The notes beneath the pieces were generated by a model, which was given only the letters and a program-made list of their open reading frames with translations, was not told the DNA's origin and searched no databases. A DNA stretch of 64,000 nt. It comes from an uncultured delta proteobacterium. Lineage in GTDB: Bacteria; Desulfobacterota; Desulfobacteria; Desulfobacterales; QNYZ01. The stretch's first letter is position 1. Each line of letters opens with the position of its first letter. The position numbers and the translations under genes were made by a program. The DNA lies in assembly GCA_963783425.1 (NCBI GenBank), contig CAWANO010000001.1, positions 3,375-67,374 of the forward strand, written 5' to 3'. This document shows positions 16,922 to 26,720 of this stretch, one piece after another.

Positions 16922-18448
16922 ATGATGGATAAACTTCGTGATCAGATCGATTGGCGAATCCGGGTTTTCGATTCGCTCTCATTTCCGACGCTGATCCTTC
17001 GGCCGGACCGCACGATTGTATCGGTCAACAAGAAATTTCTCGAAAAAATCGGCGCCCGGGAGGCCGATGTGGTGGGCCAGACCTGCCGGAATTTCTTCAT
17101 CCGCTACGATTACGACCCGGAGCTGCCCTGCAGCAAGGAACAATGCCCGCTGGACAAAACCCTGAAAGACGGTTGCGGGCATTCGGTGCTCAGGCAGGTC
17201 AAAGGCAAGGATGGCGAAATACGCTGGGAGGACCGGCATTTGTCGCCGATCCTGGATGAGAATGGCAGTGTTATCTATGTGATTGAAAGCGTTCGTGACG
17301 TCACCCAGACCAAGACGCTGGAAAGCATGTACTATAATATTAGCGAGTACCTGGAAAAGATCATCCAAAGCTCGCCCAGCGCCATCGTAGCTGCCGACCG
17401 GCAGGGCAAAATCCTGCTGATGAACGAAGCGGCCGAAACCCTGTTCGGGTGCACCATCGCCGATACGGAATCGATCACGGCCGAGGATCTCTATCCGCCG
17501 GGGGTGGCCCGGGAGATCATGGCCAAGATGCGTGACGACGAGTTCGGTGGTCGTGGTAAATTGCAGATGACCGAGCTCAATATCGTGGACACCAAGGGTG
17601 AGGAGATCCCGGTGGAACTCACTGCGGCCGTCATATACAAGACCGACCACGAAGTGGCCAGCATGGGCATTTTCAACGATCTGCGCGAGCGGCGCGCGGT
17701 GGAAAACAGGTTGCAAGAGGCCGAGCGCAAGGTGTTGCAGTCGGAAAAAATGGCCTCCTTAGGTCGCCTGGCCGCCGGGGTGGCGCACGAGATCAACAAT
17801 CCGCTTACCGGGATTCTGATGTACGGCAACATGACCCTTGAGAGATTGACCAGCCAAGATCCGGTGCGTAAAAATCTGCAATACGTGCTCGAAGATTGCG
17901 AGCGCTGCCGCGACATCGTCAAGAATCTGCTGGCCTACAGCCGTCAGACCAACCCCTCTCAGGAGGTGTTCGCGTTGAGCGATATGGTCGAAGAGAGCCT
18001 TGGCCTAATCCGCGACCAGAAGCTCTTTATGAATATTCGCATCGACAAACAGATCAGCAACGGAGATCTTTGCATTAGTGCCGACCGTAACCAGATGCAG
18101 CAGGTGGTGATCAACCTGGTGATGAACGCGCTGGACGCCATGGATGGAGAGGGGGTGCTGACATTGCGAACCTTTCCGGATCCCAGGAAAAACAGAGCGG
18201 TATTGGAGGTGTCCGACACCGGCAAGGGTATACCGGAATCGGACCGCACGCGGGTCTTCGATCCCTTTTTTACCACCAAGGCCCTGGGCAGCGGCACCGG
18301 GCTGGGGTTGAGCACGGTGTACGGCATCGTCAAGGAGAACAATGGCAACATCCAATTGACTCAGGCCGATCCGGGTCGGACCACGTTTCGGGTGGAAATG
18401 CCGCTTTTTGACGCCCAAAACGAGAAGGCGCCGGTTACCATTGGATAA
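16922..18448 (+). CDS. PAS-domain sensor histidine kinase (cytoplasmic)
   Basis: Two PAS-like regions, H-box AAGVAHEINNPL, G-box GTGLGLSTVYGIV. Confidence 0.9.
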   Translation: MMDKLRDQIDWRIRVFDSLSFPTLILRPDRTIVSVNKKFLEKIGAREADVVGQTCRNFFIRYDYDPELPCSKEQCPLDKTLKDGCGHSVLRQVKGKDGEIRWEDRHLSPILDENGSVIYVIESVRDVTQTKTLESMYYNISEYLEKIIQSSPSAIVAADRQGKILLMNEAAETLFGCTIADTESITAEDLYPPGVAREIMAKMRDDEFGGRGKLQMTELNIVDTKGEEIPVELTAAVIYKTDHEVASMGIFNDLRERRAVENRLQEAERKVLQSEKMASLGRLAAGVAHEINNPLTGILMYGNMTLERLTSQDPVRKNLQYVLEDCERCRDIVKNLLAYSRQTNPSQEVFALSDMVEESLGLIRDQKLFMNIRIDKQISNGDLCISADRNQMQQVVINLVMNALDAMDGEGVLTLRTFPDPRKNRAVLEVSDTGKGIPESDRTRVFDPFFTTKALGSGTGLGLSTVYGIVKENNGNIQLTQADPGRTTFRVEMPLFDAQNEKAPVTIG

Positions 18449-18517
18449 TGATCCGCCACAGTACACCCTCAACCGAGCCCCCGCCGCCCCAAGCTCTTTG
18501 AAAAGAAGCGAGTTGTC

Positions 18518-19996
18518 ATGACAGCAGATGTGCAGTACCAGAGCGCGACAGCGCCGAAAATATTGGTGGTGGACGACGAGGCCCGCATCAGAGACGCCTG
18601 CCGGGAAGTTTTGGGCGAGTGTGGTTACCAGGTCACCGTGGCCGAGGATGGCGCCCGCGGACTGGCATTTATCGAGCAGTCCCACTTCGACATTGTTTTA
18701 CTGGACTTGATGATGCCGGTACTTTCCGGTGCGGACGTACTGGACCGGGTGAAGGACTTGCACCCCGAAACGGTGATCATCGTGATTACCGGCTACGCCA
18801 CGGTGGAGCACTCCATCGAGGCCATGAAAAACGGCGCCTTCGACTTCATCTCCAAACCGTTTACACCCGAGCACTTGCGGGTCACCGTCGCCAAGGCAAT
18901 CGAGTATATCCGGGCCCTGCACGACATCGCCGATACCCACTCGCGGATTCGCACCATGGTGCACCGGCTCTCCGACGGGGTGATGTGCACCAACGACCTG
19001 AACCAGATCGTGCTGGCCAATCCGGCCTTTTTGCAGATGGCCGGTTACACCGCTGGCCGCTCGGTGGTGGGCGAAGCCTACACGCAGGTGGTGCCTTTTG
19101 CTAGACTGAGAGAGATGATTTCGGAGACTTTGGCCGGCACTGAAACCGATAGGCCGGAGCGTTCCGATGAGATCGAGCTGGTAGGGGAGGGTGGCGATCA
19201 GGGTCGCATCCTCAGTGCCCGCTGCACACCGTTTCGCAACCGCACCGGAGCGACCATGGGGGTCATCACGGTACTTCACGACATCACCGCTCTGAAAACG
19301 CTCGATCGCATGAAAAGCGAATTCGTCTCCATGGTGAGTCACGAAATCCGGGGACCACTCAACTCCGTGTTGATGCAACTGCGGGTGATATTAGACGGCC
19401 TGGCGGGGGAGGTGACCGAAAAACAGCGCCAGATCCTCGACCGCGCCACCGACAAAATCAGCAACCTCTCCAGCCTGACCAGTGAATTGCTCGACCTGGC
19501 GCGCATCGAGTCGGGCCTGATCTCCCAGGAGATGGAACGGGTGGACCTGGGGCCGCTGCTGCTTGAGCAGGTGGCTTTTCACGGGCCCCGGGCTGAATCG
19601 GCCGCGATCGAGCTGAAGCTGGATGCACCCCCGAACCTGCCGCCGGTGATGGCCCACCGCCGCAACATGGAAGAGGTGGTTTCGAATCTGATCGTCAACG
19701 CCATCAAATACACGCCCGCCGGCGGCAAGATTACGGTTTCAGCCGCGGCGGGCGAAGACAACCTGGTGATCAAAGTTGCCGATACGGGTTTCGGCATTTC
19801 GCCGGATGACCAGAAACAGGTCTTTCAACGTTTTTACCGGGTCAAGAACGAACAGACCCGTTACGTTAACGGGACCGGACTGGGGCTCTCGATCGTAAAA
19901 AGTATCGTGGCGTCACACCATGGCAATGTGACCCTTGAAAGCAGCCCCGGCACCGGCAGCACCTTCTCCGTTTTTCTGCCGCTTTCAGCTGCCTGA
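18518..19996 (+). CDS. Hybrid receiver-PAS-histidine kinase
   Basis: N-terminal receiver (VVDDE...LLDLMMP...KPF), PAS, H-box MVSHEIRGPLN, G-box GTGLGLSIVKSIV. Confidence 0.9.
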   Translation: MTADVQYQSATAPKILVVDDEARIRDACREVLGECGYQVTVAEDGARGLAFIEQSHFDIVLLDLMMPVLSGADVLDRVKDLHPETVIIVITGYATVEHSIEAMKNGAFDFISKPFTPEHLRVTVAKAIEYIRALHDIADTHSRIRTMVHRLSDGVMCTNDLNQIVLANPAFLQMAGYTAGRSVVGEAYTQVVPFARLREMISETLAGTETDRPERSDEIELVGEGGDQGRILSARCTPFRNRTGATMGVITVLHDITALKTLDRMKSEFVSMVSHEIRGPLNSVLMQLRVILDGLAGEVTEKQRQILDRATDKISNLSSLTSELLDLARIESGLISQEMERVDLGPLLLEQVAFHGPRAESAAIELKLDAPPNLPPVMAHRRNMEEVVSNLIVNAIKYTPAGGKITVSAAAGEDNLVIKVADTGFGISPDDQKQVFQRFYRVKNEQTRYVNGTGLGLSIVKSIVASHHGNVTLESSPGTGSTFSVFLPLSAA

Positions 19997-19997
19997 C

Positions 19998-20021
19998 AAG
20001 GGGCGTTGCCGCGAGCCCCTT
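19998..20021. terminator. Hairpin between convergent genes (bidirectional terminator candidate)
   Basis: AAGGGGC-gttgccgcga-GCCCCTT, a 7-bp stem. Confidence 0.45.
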
Positions 20022-20076
20022 TGCCAGAACAGGCGGATTCCCTCCTATTGCAACAGCTTCTGAGCGAAGGTTGACT

Positions 20077-21216
20077 TCAAGCGCGTAGCTTTTTAACCGC
20101 CGCCACGATGACCGACAGAGCACGGTCAATCTCGGCCTCGCTGGTCATTTTGCCGGTGGTAAAGCGCACGGTGCCCTTGGCCCATGCTTCGGGAATCTGC
20201 ATGGCTTTTAACACGTGTGAAATCTCGACGGTGTCGGCGTGACAGGCCGCGCCGGCCGAGGCGGCCACTTCCAGGCCGATCTCTTCCAAAATGCGGTTGG
20301 CTTCCAGGTCGAGAAACGACACACTGCTGGTGTTGGGCAGGCGTTCGGCCCCTTGGCCGTTGATGCGGATATCATTCAGCTCGGCCAGTAGCCCGGATTC
20401 CAGTCGGTCGCGCATGGCGAGCATGTGGGTGGCGTTGGTCTCCAGGTCGCGCTGGGCGATTTCACACGCTTTTCCCAGGCCCACGATTTCCAGTACATTC
20501 TCCGTGCCGGCGCGACGGCCCGTCTCCTGCCCGGCACCGTGGCAAAATCGCTCGGCCTCAACATCTTTGCCGACGTACAAAGCGCCGACACCCTTGGGTG
20601 CGTAGATCTTGTGGCCGGCCAGCGAGAGCAGATTCACACCCAGCTCATCCAACCGTGTCGGGAGTTTTCCCACCGATTGGGCGGCGTCGGTATGCACCAG
20701 GATGCCCTTGCCCGCGGCCAGCCGGCTTATTTCGGCAATAGGCTGGACGGTGCCTACCTCGTTGTTGGCGTGCATGACCGATATCAAAATGGTTTGCGAA
20801 GTGATGGCGGCGGCCACATCGGCCGGGCTGACCCGTCCCTCGGCGTCGACCGGCAGGTAGGTTGCGGAGAAGCCGTGGCGTTCCATGAAACGGCACACCT
20901 CGAGAATGGCCGGGTGCTCGACGGTGCTGGTGATGATGTGGGTGCCTCGGGCGTAGCGGGAACCGGCAATGCTTTTAAGGGCCTGGTTGTTGGATTCGGT
21001 GCCGCCGCTGGTGAAGATCACTTCATCGGCCTCGCAAGCGAGAATAACGGCCACCTGCCGGCGCGCTTTCTCAACAGCTTTTTTGGGGGCTATGCCGTAC
21101 CAGTGGGCGCTGGAGGGGTTGCCGAATTCGGTCTCCAGAAAAGGCCGCATGGCCTCGATCACCTCGGGGGCATGGGGCGTGGTGCCGTTGTAGTCCAGGT
21201 AGATGGGTTTGATCAT
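20077..21216 (-). CDS. Cysteine desulfurase (NifS/IscS class)
   Basis: Start MIKPIYLDYNGTTP with RBS GGGAGAAG. PLP lysine in SLAGHKIYAPKG; active-site ASAGAACH. Confidence 0.9.
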   Translation of the reverse strand: MIKPIYLDYNGTTPHAPEVIEAMRPFLETEFGNPSSAHWYGIAPKKAVEKARRQVAVILACEADEVIFTSGGTESNNQALKSIAGSRYARGTHIITSTVEHPAILEVCRFMERHGFSATYLPVDAEGRVSPADVAAAITSQTILISVMHANNEVGTVQPIAEISRLAAGKGILVHTDAAQSVGKLPTRLDELGVNLLSLAGHKIYAPKGVGALYVGKDVEAERFCHGAGQETGRRAGTENVLEIVGLGKACEIAQRDLETNATHMLAMRDRLESGLLAELNDIRINGQGAERLPNTSSVSFLDLEANRILEEIGLEVAASAGAACHADTVEISHVLKAMQIPEAWAKGTVRFTTGKMTSEAEIDRALSVIVAAVKKLRA

Positions 21217-21455
21217 TGTCGCTTCTCCCTTGCTTTGTTTTCTTACCCTCATGGCCGACATCTTGGACTGCAAAAGGACGCCTTCGTAAGGATTGATGGG
21301 CGCAAACGACCGTGGACACAGTTGAAATCATAAAACCCGTAACTGATCATCACTAAAACCGGTCAACGGAGGTGGCGCCAATGTACGCCAAATTTGAGCG
21401 GACTATTTATATCTAATTTCATTAATAGATAAAATAGCCCTGCGGGGTTCGTCCT

Positions 21456-21821
21456 GTGGGCCGGTCTGAGCCGGTCAAGGCGGCAAATATGCACCACAGA
21501 CAAGCTGAAAATGGCCATATGGTGATTGAAATGAATCAACGCCGAGCCATCCATGAAAAATGTTTGAATTGTTGCGCTTGGTATTATTCAGGGGTCACAG
21601 ATTGCACATTTGAGGGTCAATGTCCATTATGGCCGTTCAGATCCGGTCAGGGCAATCAAAACCCTGCCAAACGATCGAGAGCAACCAGAGCCTATTGCCG
21701 CTGGTGCATGGCCGGTTCTGGGCGTCTGGTGGCGCAGTGTGACGATAAAGATTGCCCGCTGTTTCCGTTTCGGAAAACTAAGATAGATCATGCTGCAAAT
21801 GTTGCTTTAATGACCAATTAA
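21456..21821 (+). CDS. Small Cys-rich protein with tandem CxxC...C-x3-CPL(W/F)PFR modules (start may be the Met at 21531)
   Basis: CLNCC...CTFEGQCPLWPFRSG and CRWCM...CDDKDCPLFPFRK. This motif type recurs in phage and mobile-element small proteins (recollection). Confidence 0.5.
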   Translation: MGRSEPVKAANMHHRQAENGHMVIEMNQRRAIHEKCLNCCAWYYSGVTDCTFEGQCPLWPFRSGQGNQNPAKRSRATRAYCRWCMAGSGRLVAQCDDKDCPLFPFRKTKIDHAANVALMTN

Positions 21822-21965
21822 ACGCTGTATAGACAGCTTTAAACGAGCTTAAATCTTATATGGGTGTCTGTGTATTAGTTTGACATAAAAACACATATAT
21901 GAGATAGTTTTCTATAATCTATCCGCAACAAAGGATGGGTCAAATGCAAGCCATCTATAATCAGA

Positions 21966-22008
21966 GCCAAGTTGCCTCGTTGGAAGGGATGACTTGGCTT
22001 TTTTATTT
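21966..22008 (+). terminator. Hairpin plus T-run (rho-independent terminator-like)
   Basis: GCCAAGT...ACTTGGC followed by TTTTTTATTT. A perfect TATAAT lies at 21913-21918. Confidence 0.35.
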
Positions 22009-22045
22009 CACGCGATCTACCGGCAAAATCAAGGAGATTTAATCT

Positions 22046-22534
22046 GTGAAAAGACAAAGGAGGGCGGGTAAAGTCATAGCTGTTGTTTTGATAGTTGTTT
22101 TCTTGGCTGGATGTTCAACATCACCTAAAAAGATAAGCGCATCATACGTATCACCGACTGAGTATTCACATTTAGAATGCGATCAGATTCGTAGCGAATT
22201 ATCACAAGTCAAACGCGAACTGTCGCAAATAACTGGACAACAGGAAAGCGAAGCAACCAAAGATGCTGTGGCATTAAGTGTAGGTTTGGTTATCTTTTGG
22301 TCAGCTCTCTTTTTTATGATTGGTGACGACAAAAAGGAAGAAATCTCTTTGCTTAAAGGTAAATATGAGGCTTTAGAGACAAGCGCAATAGAGAAGAAAT
22401 GTAGCTATGCCCCTGAAATAGTGGAGGGTAGAGAAGAACGGAAAAAACTTGAGGCTGAGCTCAAGAAGAAAGAAGAAGAGGCAGCTCAGAAGATACATGG
22501 CGGAACCGATCAATACGGCAATCCATGGGATTGA
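22046..22534 (+). CDS. Lipoprotein with coiled-coil C-terminus (GTG start)
   Basis: Lipobox VFLAGC after a basic N-terminus; one internal hydrophobic segment; K/E-rich tail. Confidence 0.6.
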   Translation: MKRQRRAGKVIAVVLIVVFLAGCSTSPKKISASYVSPTEYSHLECDQIRSELSQVKRELSQITGQQESEATKDAVALSVGLVIFWSALFFMIGDDKKEEISLLKGKYEALETSAIEKKCSYAPEIVEGREERKKLEAELKKKEEEAAQKIHGGTDQYGNPWD

Positions 22535-24034
22535 GATCGAATTTACACGGGCACCGGCCAACGGTCCGAAAGATCTATGAATGTCCTCGGAGAAGACACC
22601 CCACACCATAATCCAGTAACATAGTTGGACAGCAAAAAAGGAGATACTATGAAAAAGCCCCCAATTGTCAGTTGACAGTTGAACGTCGCTGGACGTAACC
22701 GTTAGTTGGAGTACGAAAAACAACTAACCAAAGGGGGCAAGAATGATTTACGTCGGAATGGACATCAGTAGCAAGAGTTTTATGGTACACGCGATCAATT
22801 CCAAAAAGAAAGTGGTTTTTAACAGTGAAATCAAACCGACCCTCGGTGGCCTGCGACAAATGATCAAGGACCTGGGCCGACAAACCAAACTGGTGGTGTT
22901 TGAAGCTGGCAATCAGCTCAAGTGGGTGGCGTTGGAATTGAAGCGAATCAAGGGTGTACACCTTCATGTGGTCCATCCTAATGAGATCAAATGGATCAGT
23001 CAAAGCAGCGCCAAAACAGACAAGATCGATGCCCGCAAACTGGCCCAGCTGGCCAGGGGTGACATGCTGCCGCGCAAGGTGCACATCGTCGAGGGGCAGG
23101 TGCGTCAATTACGCGAATTGATCAGCGCACGGCATACGCTTCAAAGCAAGCGGGTGGCATTGATCAACAGCATCCGAGGTTGTTTAAAACAGGAAGGTTA
23201 TCGGTTGCCGGAAAAGTTTTTTAATCACGTCAATTGGCGGGTGCATCTTGAGCGCATGCGCTTGGCCGACACCCAGAAGATTATCTTGAGCAGTTACATG
23301 ACCAGCATCGAAAGCCTGCACAAAGCCGAGTCAGAGTTGACCAGCCAAATATTGGCAATTGAAAATGAGGATATCCAGCGGTTGCAGAGTATTCCCGGGA
23401 TCGGGGAGCTTTCATCCCGGGTGATCATAAGCGCCGTTGATAAGGTAGATCGTTTTGACAGTAAAAAGGCTATCGCCAAGTACGGTGCATTAACGCCACG
23501 GATTTATCAAAGCGGTGGGGTGACCCATTTAGGACGAATCAGTCGCGACGGCCGGCACGAGATCAGACGGGTGCTACTGCAATGCGCCCACACGGTGGCG
23601 CGCATGAAAAGTTATGAGGCCAGGCCGTTGAGGCTGTTTTACGAGCGAATAAAGCAGCGGCGTGGCAAGAAGATTGCAGTCGTAGCCTTAGCGCGTAAGT
23701 TGCTGACAATTGCTTATGGGGTTCTCAAAAGTAGTACTACATATGATCCGAAAGTACTAAATCCCAAAGCCGCTTAATTGGTATCTATAAGGTGAAGTTC
23801 AATAGCATTAATGGTCCACGCAATAAGGTAAGCCCGCATAGGCCTTGACCCGGCCAAGTCGCTCTGGAGATTGGGACGCCTTATTTGAACGAGAATGTTG
23901 AGCATAAAGCTCGAATGGGAGGTTAACGTGACCATTAACTGGGGATAGCTATGAGTTGAGTACGTGCAGCTCAAGAGGCGTTGTCCTTAAAAAAACCCTA
24001 ACAAGCGAAGTTAACTGTTGACTTTCGCTTTTTC
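22535..24034 (+). mobile_element. IS110-family element (maximal extent; exact ends not determined)
   Basis: Transposase gene flanked by ~207 nt and ~257 nt of structured non-coding DNA. Imperfect inverted match AGTTGACAGTTGAAC (22670-22684) / GTTAACTGTTGACT (24010-24023). Confidence 0.55.
22743..23777 (+). CDS. IS110-family (DEDD) transposase/recombinase
   Basis: MIYVGMDISSKSF N-terminus (RuvC-like DEDD). C-terminal ...LQSIPGIGELSS... helix-hairpin-helix region typical of the family. Confidence 0.9.
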   Translation: MIYVGMDISSKSFMVHAINSKKKVVFNSEIKPTLGGLRQMIKDLGRQTKLVVFEAGNQLKWVALELKRIKGVHLHVVHPNEIKWISQSSAKTDKIDARKLAQLARGDMLPRKVHIVEGQVRQLRELISARHTLQSKRVALINSIRGCLKQEGYRLPEKFFNHVNWRVHLERMRLADTQKIILSSYMTSIESLHKAESELTSQILAIENEDIQRLQSIPGIGELSSRVIISAVDKVDRFDSKKAIAKYGALTPRIYQSGGVTHLGRISRDGRHEIRRVLLQCAHTVARMKSYEARPLRLFYERIKQRRGKKIAVVALARKLLTIAYGVLKSSTTYDPKVLNPKAA

Positions 24035-24046
24035 ATGGGAGGAACT

Positions 24047-24553
24047 ATGAACAATGTCAGGGGGATTAAATCAATTGTAGCCGGTCTTTTTGTTACCTTG
24101 CTGGCAACAGTAGGTATTATTGCGATTATTGGTTCTGGCGGCGGTGGTGGCGGCGATTCCAACCCTCAAGGGGGGATAAGGTTTAAAAACGCGCTAAGAT
24201 GCGCTAATGGGGCGAGTTTTAGCGCAAGTATGACCATTCAGGGTACAACGCTCGGTTCACAGTCTGGAGTATGGAGCAGGTGCATAATTCGTGCACCAGG
24301 AACATATCAGGCTAGGATTCAATTTACAGCTTGTGGCGTTAATGCGGCGGGAACTATTCCCGTTGACGTGACCGAAGGGTGTACCTCAAGCGGCGTTCTA
24401 ACCTATCGAAATAACGTGCTTGTAATAGTCCCGCAATTAAATTGCCCGGGGGTTTGTTTGCAATCAAACACGTCAGCGATGAGCGCCGATGAAGTTCCAC
24501 TTGAAACATTACCTTACGGAATAGACAATAACACCATTATGAATGTTGAATAA
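24047..24553 (+). CDS. Secreted or membrane-anchored Cys-rich hypothetical protein
   Basis: RBS GGGAGG, start MNNVRG. N-terminal TM/signal segment, Gly6 run, multiple Cys residues; no family recognised. Confidence 0.5.
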   Translation: MNNVRGIKSIVAGLFVTLLATVGIIAIIGSGGGGGGDSNPQGGIRFKNALRCANGASFSASMTIQGTTLGSQSGVWSRCIIRAPGTYQARIQFTACGVNAAGTIPVDVTEGCTSSGVLTYRNNVLVIVPQLNCPGVCLQSNTSAMSADEVPLETLPYGIDNNTIMNVE

Positions 24554-24703
24554 AAGAAACTGTTCGTAATCAACTCAAACAATACTCCAACCTTTGTGTG
24601 CTTGAGATTGGCCGTATTTTAGGGGTGTTGTGGAAACGCGGTTGTATGAACTTAAACGAGATCGCCCGATATGCGCGAGATTAGAGCGTTGGGGAGAAGA
24701 GAG

Positions 24704-25096
24704 ATGAAAATCATCAAATCTCTAACACTATCATTATCGTTCTTGCTGATAGTTGGATGCGCTGGCCACCGTCCCATCGTTGACTTTAAAAGCAGTCAAT
24801 CTGGTAAAAATGCCGAAACTTATGAGGTGGATTTAAAGGAATGTCAAGAGTTTGCGAAGAATGTGAATGTCGGTGGAACAACAGCTGCAGGAGCCGCAAT
24901 CGGCGCAGGAGTTGGCGCTGCATTCGGAGCTGCTGTTTACGCCATATTCGGGCTTGATGCCACAGATGGCGCTGCTTTTGGTGCTGCAATGGGAGGCCTT
25001 CAAGGAGCTGGGACTGGTGGAGCAAGTGCTGCCAATAGCCAAATTACAATCATTAATAACTGTATGAAAGGGCGTGGATATAATGTTTTGAATTAG
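24704..25096 (+). CDS. Glycine-zipper lipoprotein
   Basis: Lipobox LIVGC. GxxxG/AxxxG-rich segment AAGAAIGAGVGAAFGAAVYAIFG. Confidence 0.65.
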   Translation: MKIIKSLTLSLSFLLIVGCAGHRPIVDFKSSQSGKNAETYEVDLKECQEFAKNVNVGGTTAAGAAIGAGVGAAFGAAVYAIFGLDATDGAAFGAAMGGLQGAGTGGASAANSQITIINNCMKGRGYNVLN

Positions 25097-25337
25097 CAAT
25101 TTAACTAATGTATTCATCTGAAAAACAACAACATTGTTTCTTTAAATAGGTAAAAAAGGACTTTACTTTTATATAAATATTATTTATAGTACTTTGTAGA
25201 AATAAGTATTTAAAAATTTAATCAAGTCGGTTAACCAAGCCGCATTCAAAGTCACCACGGAGGCAGGATGATTACACCAATGGCCCGTGGTGGGCATTTG
25301 AGGCGGCTTTTTTTATTTGGAGAACAAGGAGTTGAAA

Positions 25338-25709
25338 ATGGCAGTAGATTTAAGAACAGCTCGATTCCTTAACAACATCACTCAGGCCAGGCTTGGCCAC
25401 ATGACAGGCATACCGCAGAGCAGGCTAAGTCTGGCCGAAAACGGCCTCACCGCACTCAAATCGGAGGAAAAAATGAAAATTGCCACAGCACTTGGCGGCA
25501 GAATTGACTGGGCAGCCACGGAAAACTCGAAGTGCGACTTCGCCATGCCGCAAGAGGATTACACCTCGCCAAAAGTGGGCATCAAGGTGCGCATTTCCAA
25601 AGACCCGCACAACCTCCCCAACCCGCAACCAGTTCACATCGGCGCACCAGAGAACTCGAACAAATACCGCTATCTGACATGGGACGAGTTTATCAAAGGA
25701 GATTACTAA
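25338..25709 (+). CDS. XRE-family helix-turn-helix regulator
   Basis: RBS AAGGAG. ...ITQARLGHMTGIPQSRLSLAENG... HTH. Preceded by about 200 nt of very AT-rich DNA. Confidence 0.75.
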   Translation: MAVDLRTARFLNNITQARLGHMTGIPQSRLSLAENGLTALKSEEKMKIATALGGRIDWAATENSKCDFAMPQEDYTSPKVGIKVRISKDPHNLPNPQPVHIGAPENSNKYRYLTWDEFIKGDY

Positions 25710-25710
25710 A

Positions 25711-26427
25711 ATGAAGCCGCTACCAAAGGAACACTTTGTAAGGCAATTTCGTGAACGTTCCCCCTTTCTGAACCCTAAAGGCATGTTCACATCAGCTGGA
25801 GCGCCTACCTCAAGCCGATCCTTCGATTTCATGACCGCCCGGGAGCGACTGGAGGAGATCCTCGACAAGCGCAAAGACTGGCAGGGCGACCCGCTGGGCT
25901 TGCTCGAAAATGCCAAAGAGCGGTTCAGTGAAGCGAAGGCCGAGTGGAAAGGTCATGTCAAGGACCAACCGCACCTTAACGATAAAGCGAAGCCGACCGG
26001 CCATTTTGCCGAGCGCATCAACCGCTGGGCCGCCAGAAAGCAGGTGCTCGAAGAGGAGTCGCGAGCGCTGAACAAGCTGCTCAATCAGGAAGAGAAGGTC
26101 GTAGACCAAGACTTCGCCAAGCGACAGAAAAAGACCCGATGGCTGGGGGTGTGCAAATTGAATGACAACCTGATCGCCGCCTGTGATCTGCGGCCTGTTG
26201 AATACAAAGACGGCAAGCCGGTCTTTGTCGATGATGGCGGCAGCGTGGACGAGTACTTGGCCGAATGCAAGCTGCAGGGGCGAGCCAAAGCGGCTACGCA
26301 CCGTGAGCTGGAAAAGAAAAAGGCCGCAGAGCTTGAAACTCAGCAGCTTGCTACCAAGAAGGCTGAAAAAGACATCTATGACAAGCATCTCAAGAAATTA
26401 CAGCGGCGCAAGACCGACGCCGCTTAA
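25711..26427 (+). CDS. Hypothetical protein (238 aa, charged/coiled-coil)
   Basis: The ATG lies 1 nt after the XRE stop; no recognisable domain. Confidence 0.5.
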   Translation: MKPLPKEHFVRQFRERSPFLNPKGMFTSAGAPTSSRSFDFMTARERLEEILDKRKDWQGDPLGLLENAKERFSEAKAEWKGHVKDQPHLNDKAKPTGHFAERINRWAARKQVLEEESRALNKLLNQEEKVVDQDFAKRQKKTRWLGVCKLNDNLIAACDLRPVEYKDGKPVFVDDGGSVDEYLAECKLQGRAKAATHRELEKKKAAELETQQLATKKAEKDIYDKHLKKLQRRKTDAA

Positions 26428-26720
26428 TCAGTCAATTTCGTGGGCAGGGCAACACCGGCCTTCCGGGGTCGTTAGAGCGCGGCTGGCGCCCACAAACCAA
26501 TTCACCGGCCGCGCTCATCCGGTTGGGGGGGTAGCATTACGTTGATCGCAATGCGGGGCATGTGGTTGTCCCCCGTAATCTACTTTTTGACCACATGCAT
26601 ATTCTCAAAGCTGGCCAGCCGGTCCAGTTCAATTGCGATAACCGGCCAGGAGTTAGTCCATTTTCATCTCCTGTTACAGAGGGGGGTCGTGAAAAGCCCC
26701 CCTCAAACCCTAAACCAGCG

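Noticed and set aside
21913-22008. Candidate small RNA or 32-aa ORF between a perfect TATAAT (21913-21918) and the hairpin + T-run at 21966-22008.
   Set aside because: No acceptable -35 lies at 17-bp spacing (TTGACA is 27 nt away). The mini-ORF has no conservation evidence. Only the terminator-like hairpin is kept, as a low-confidence feature.
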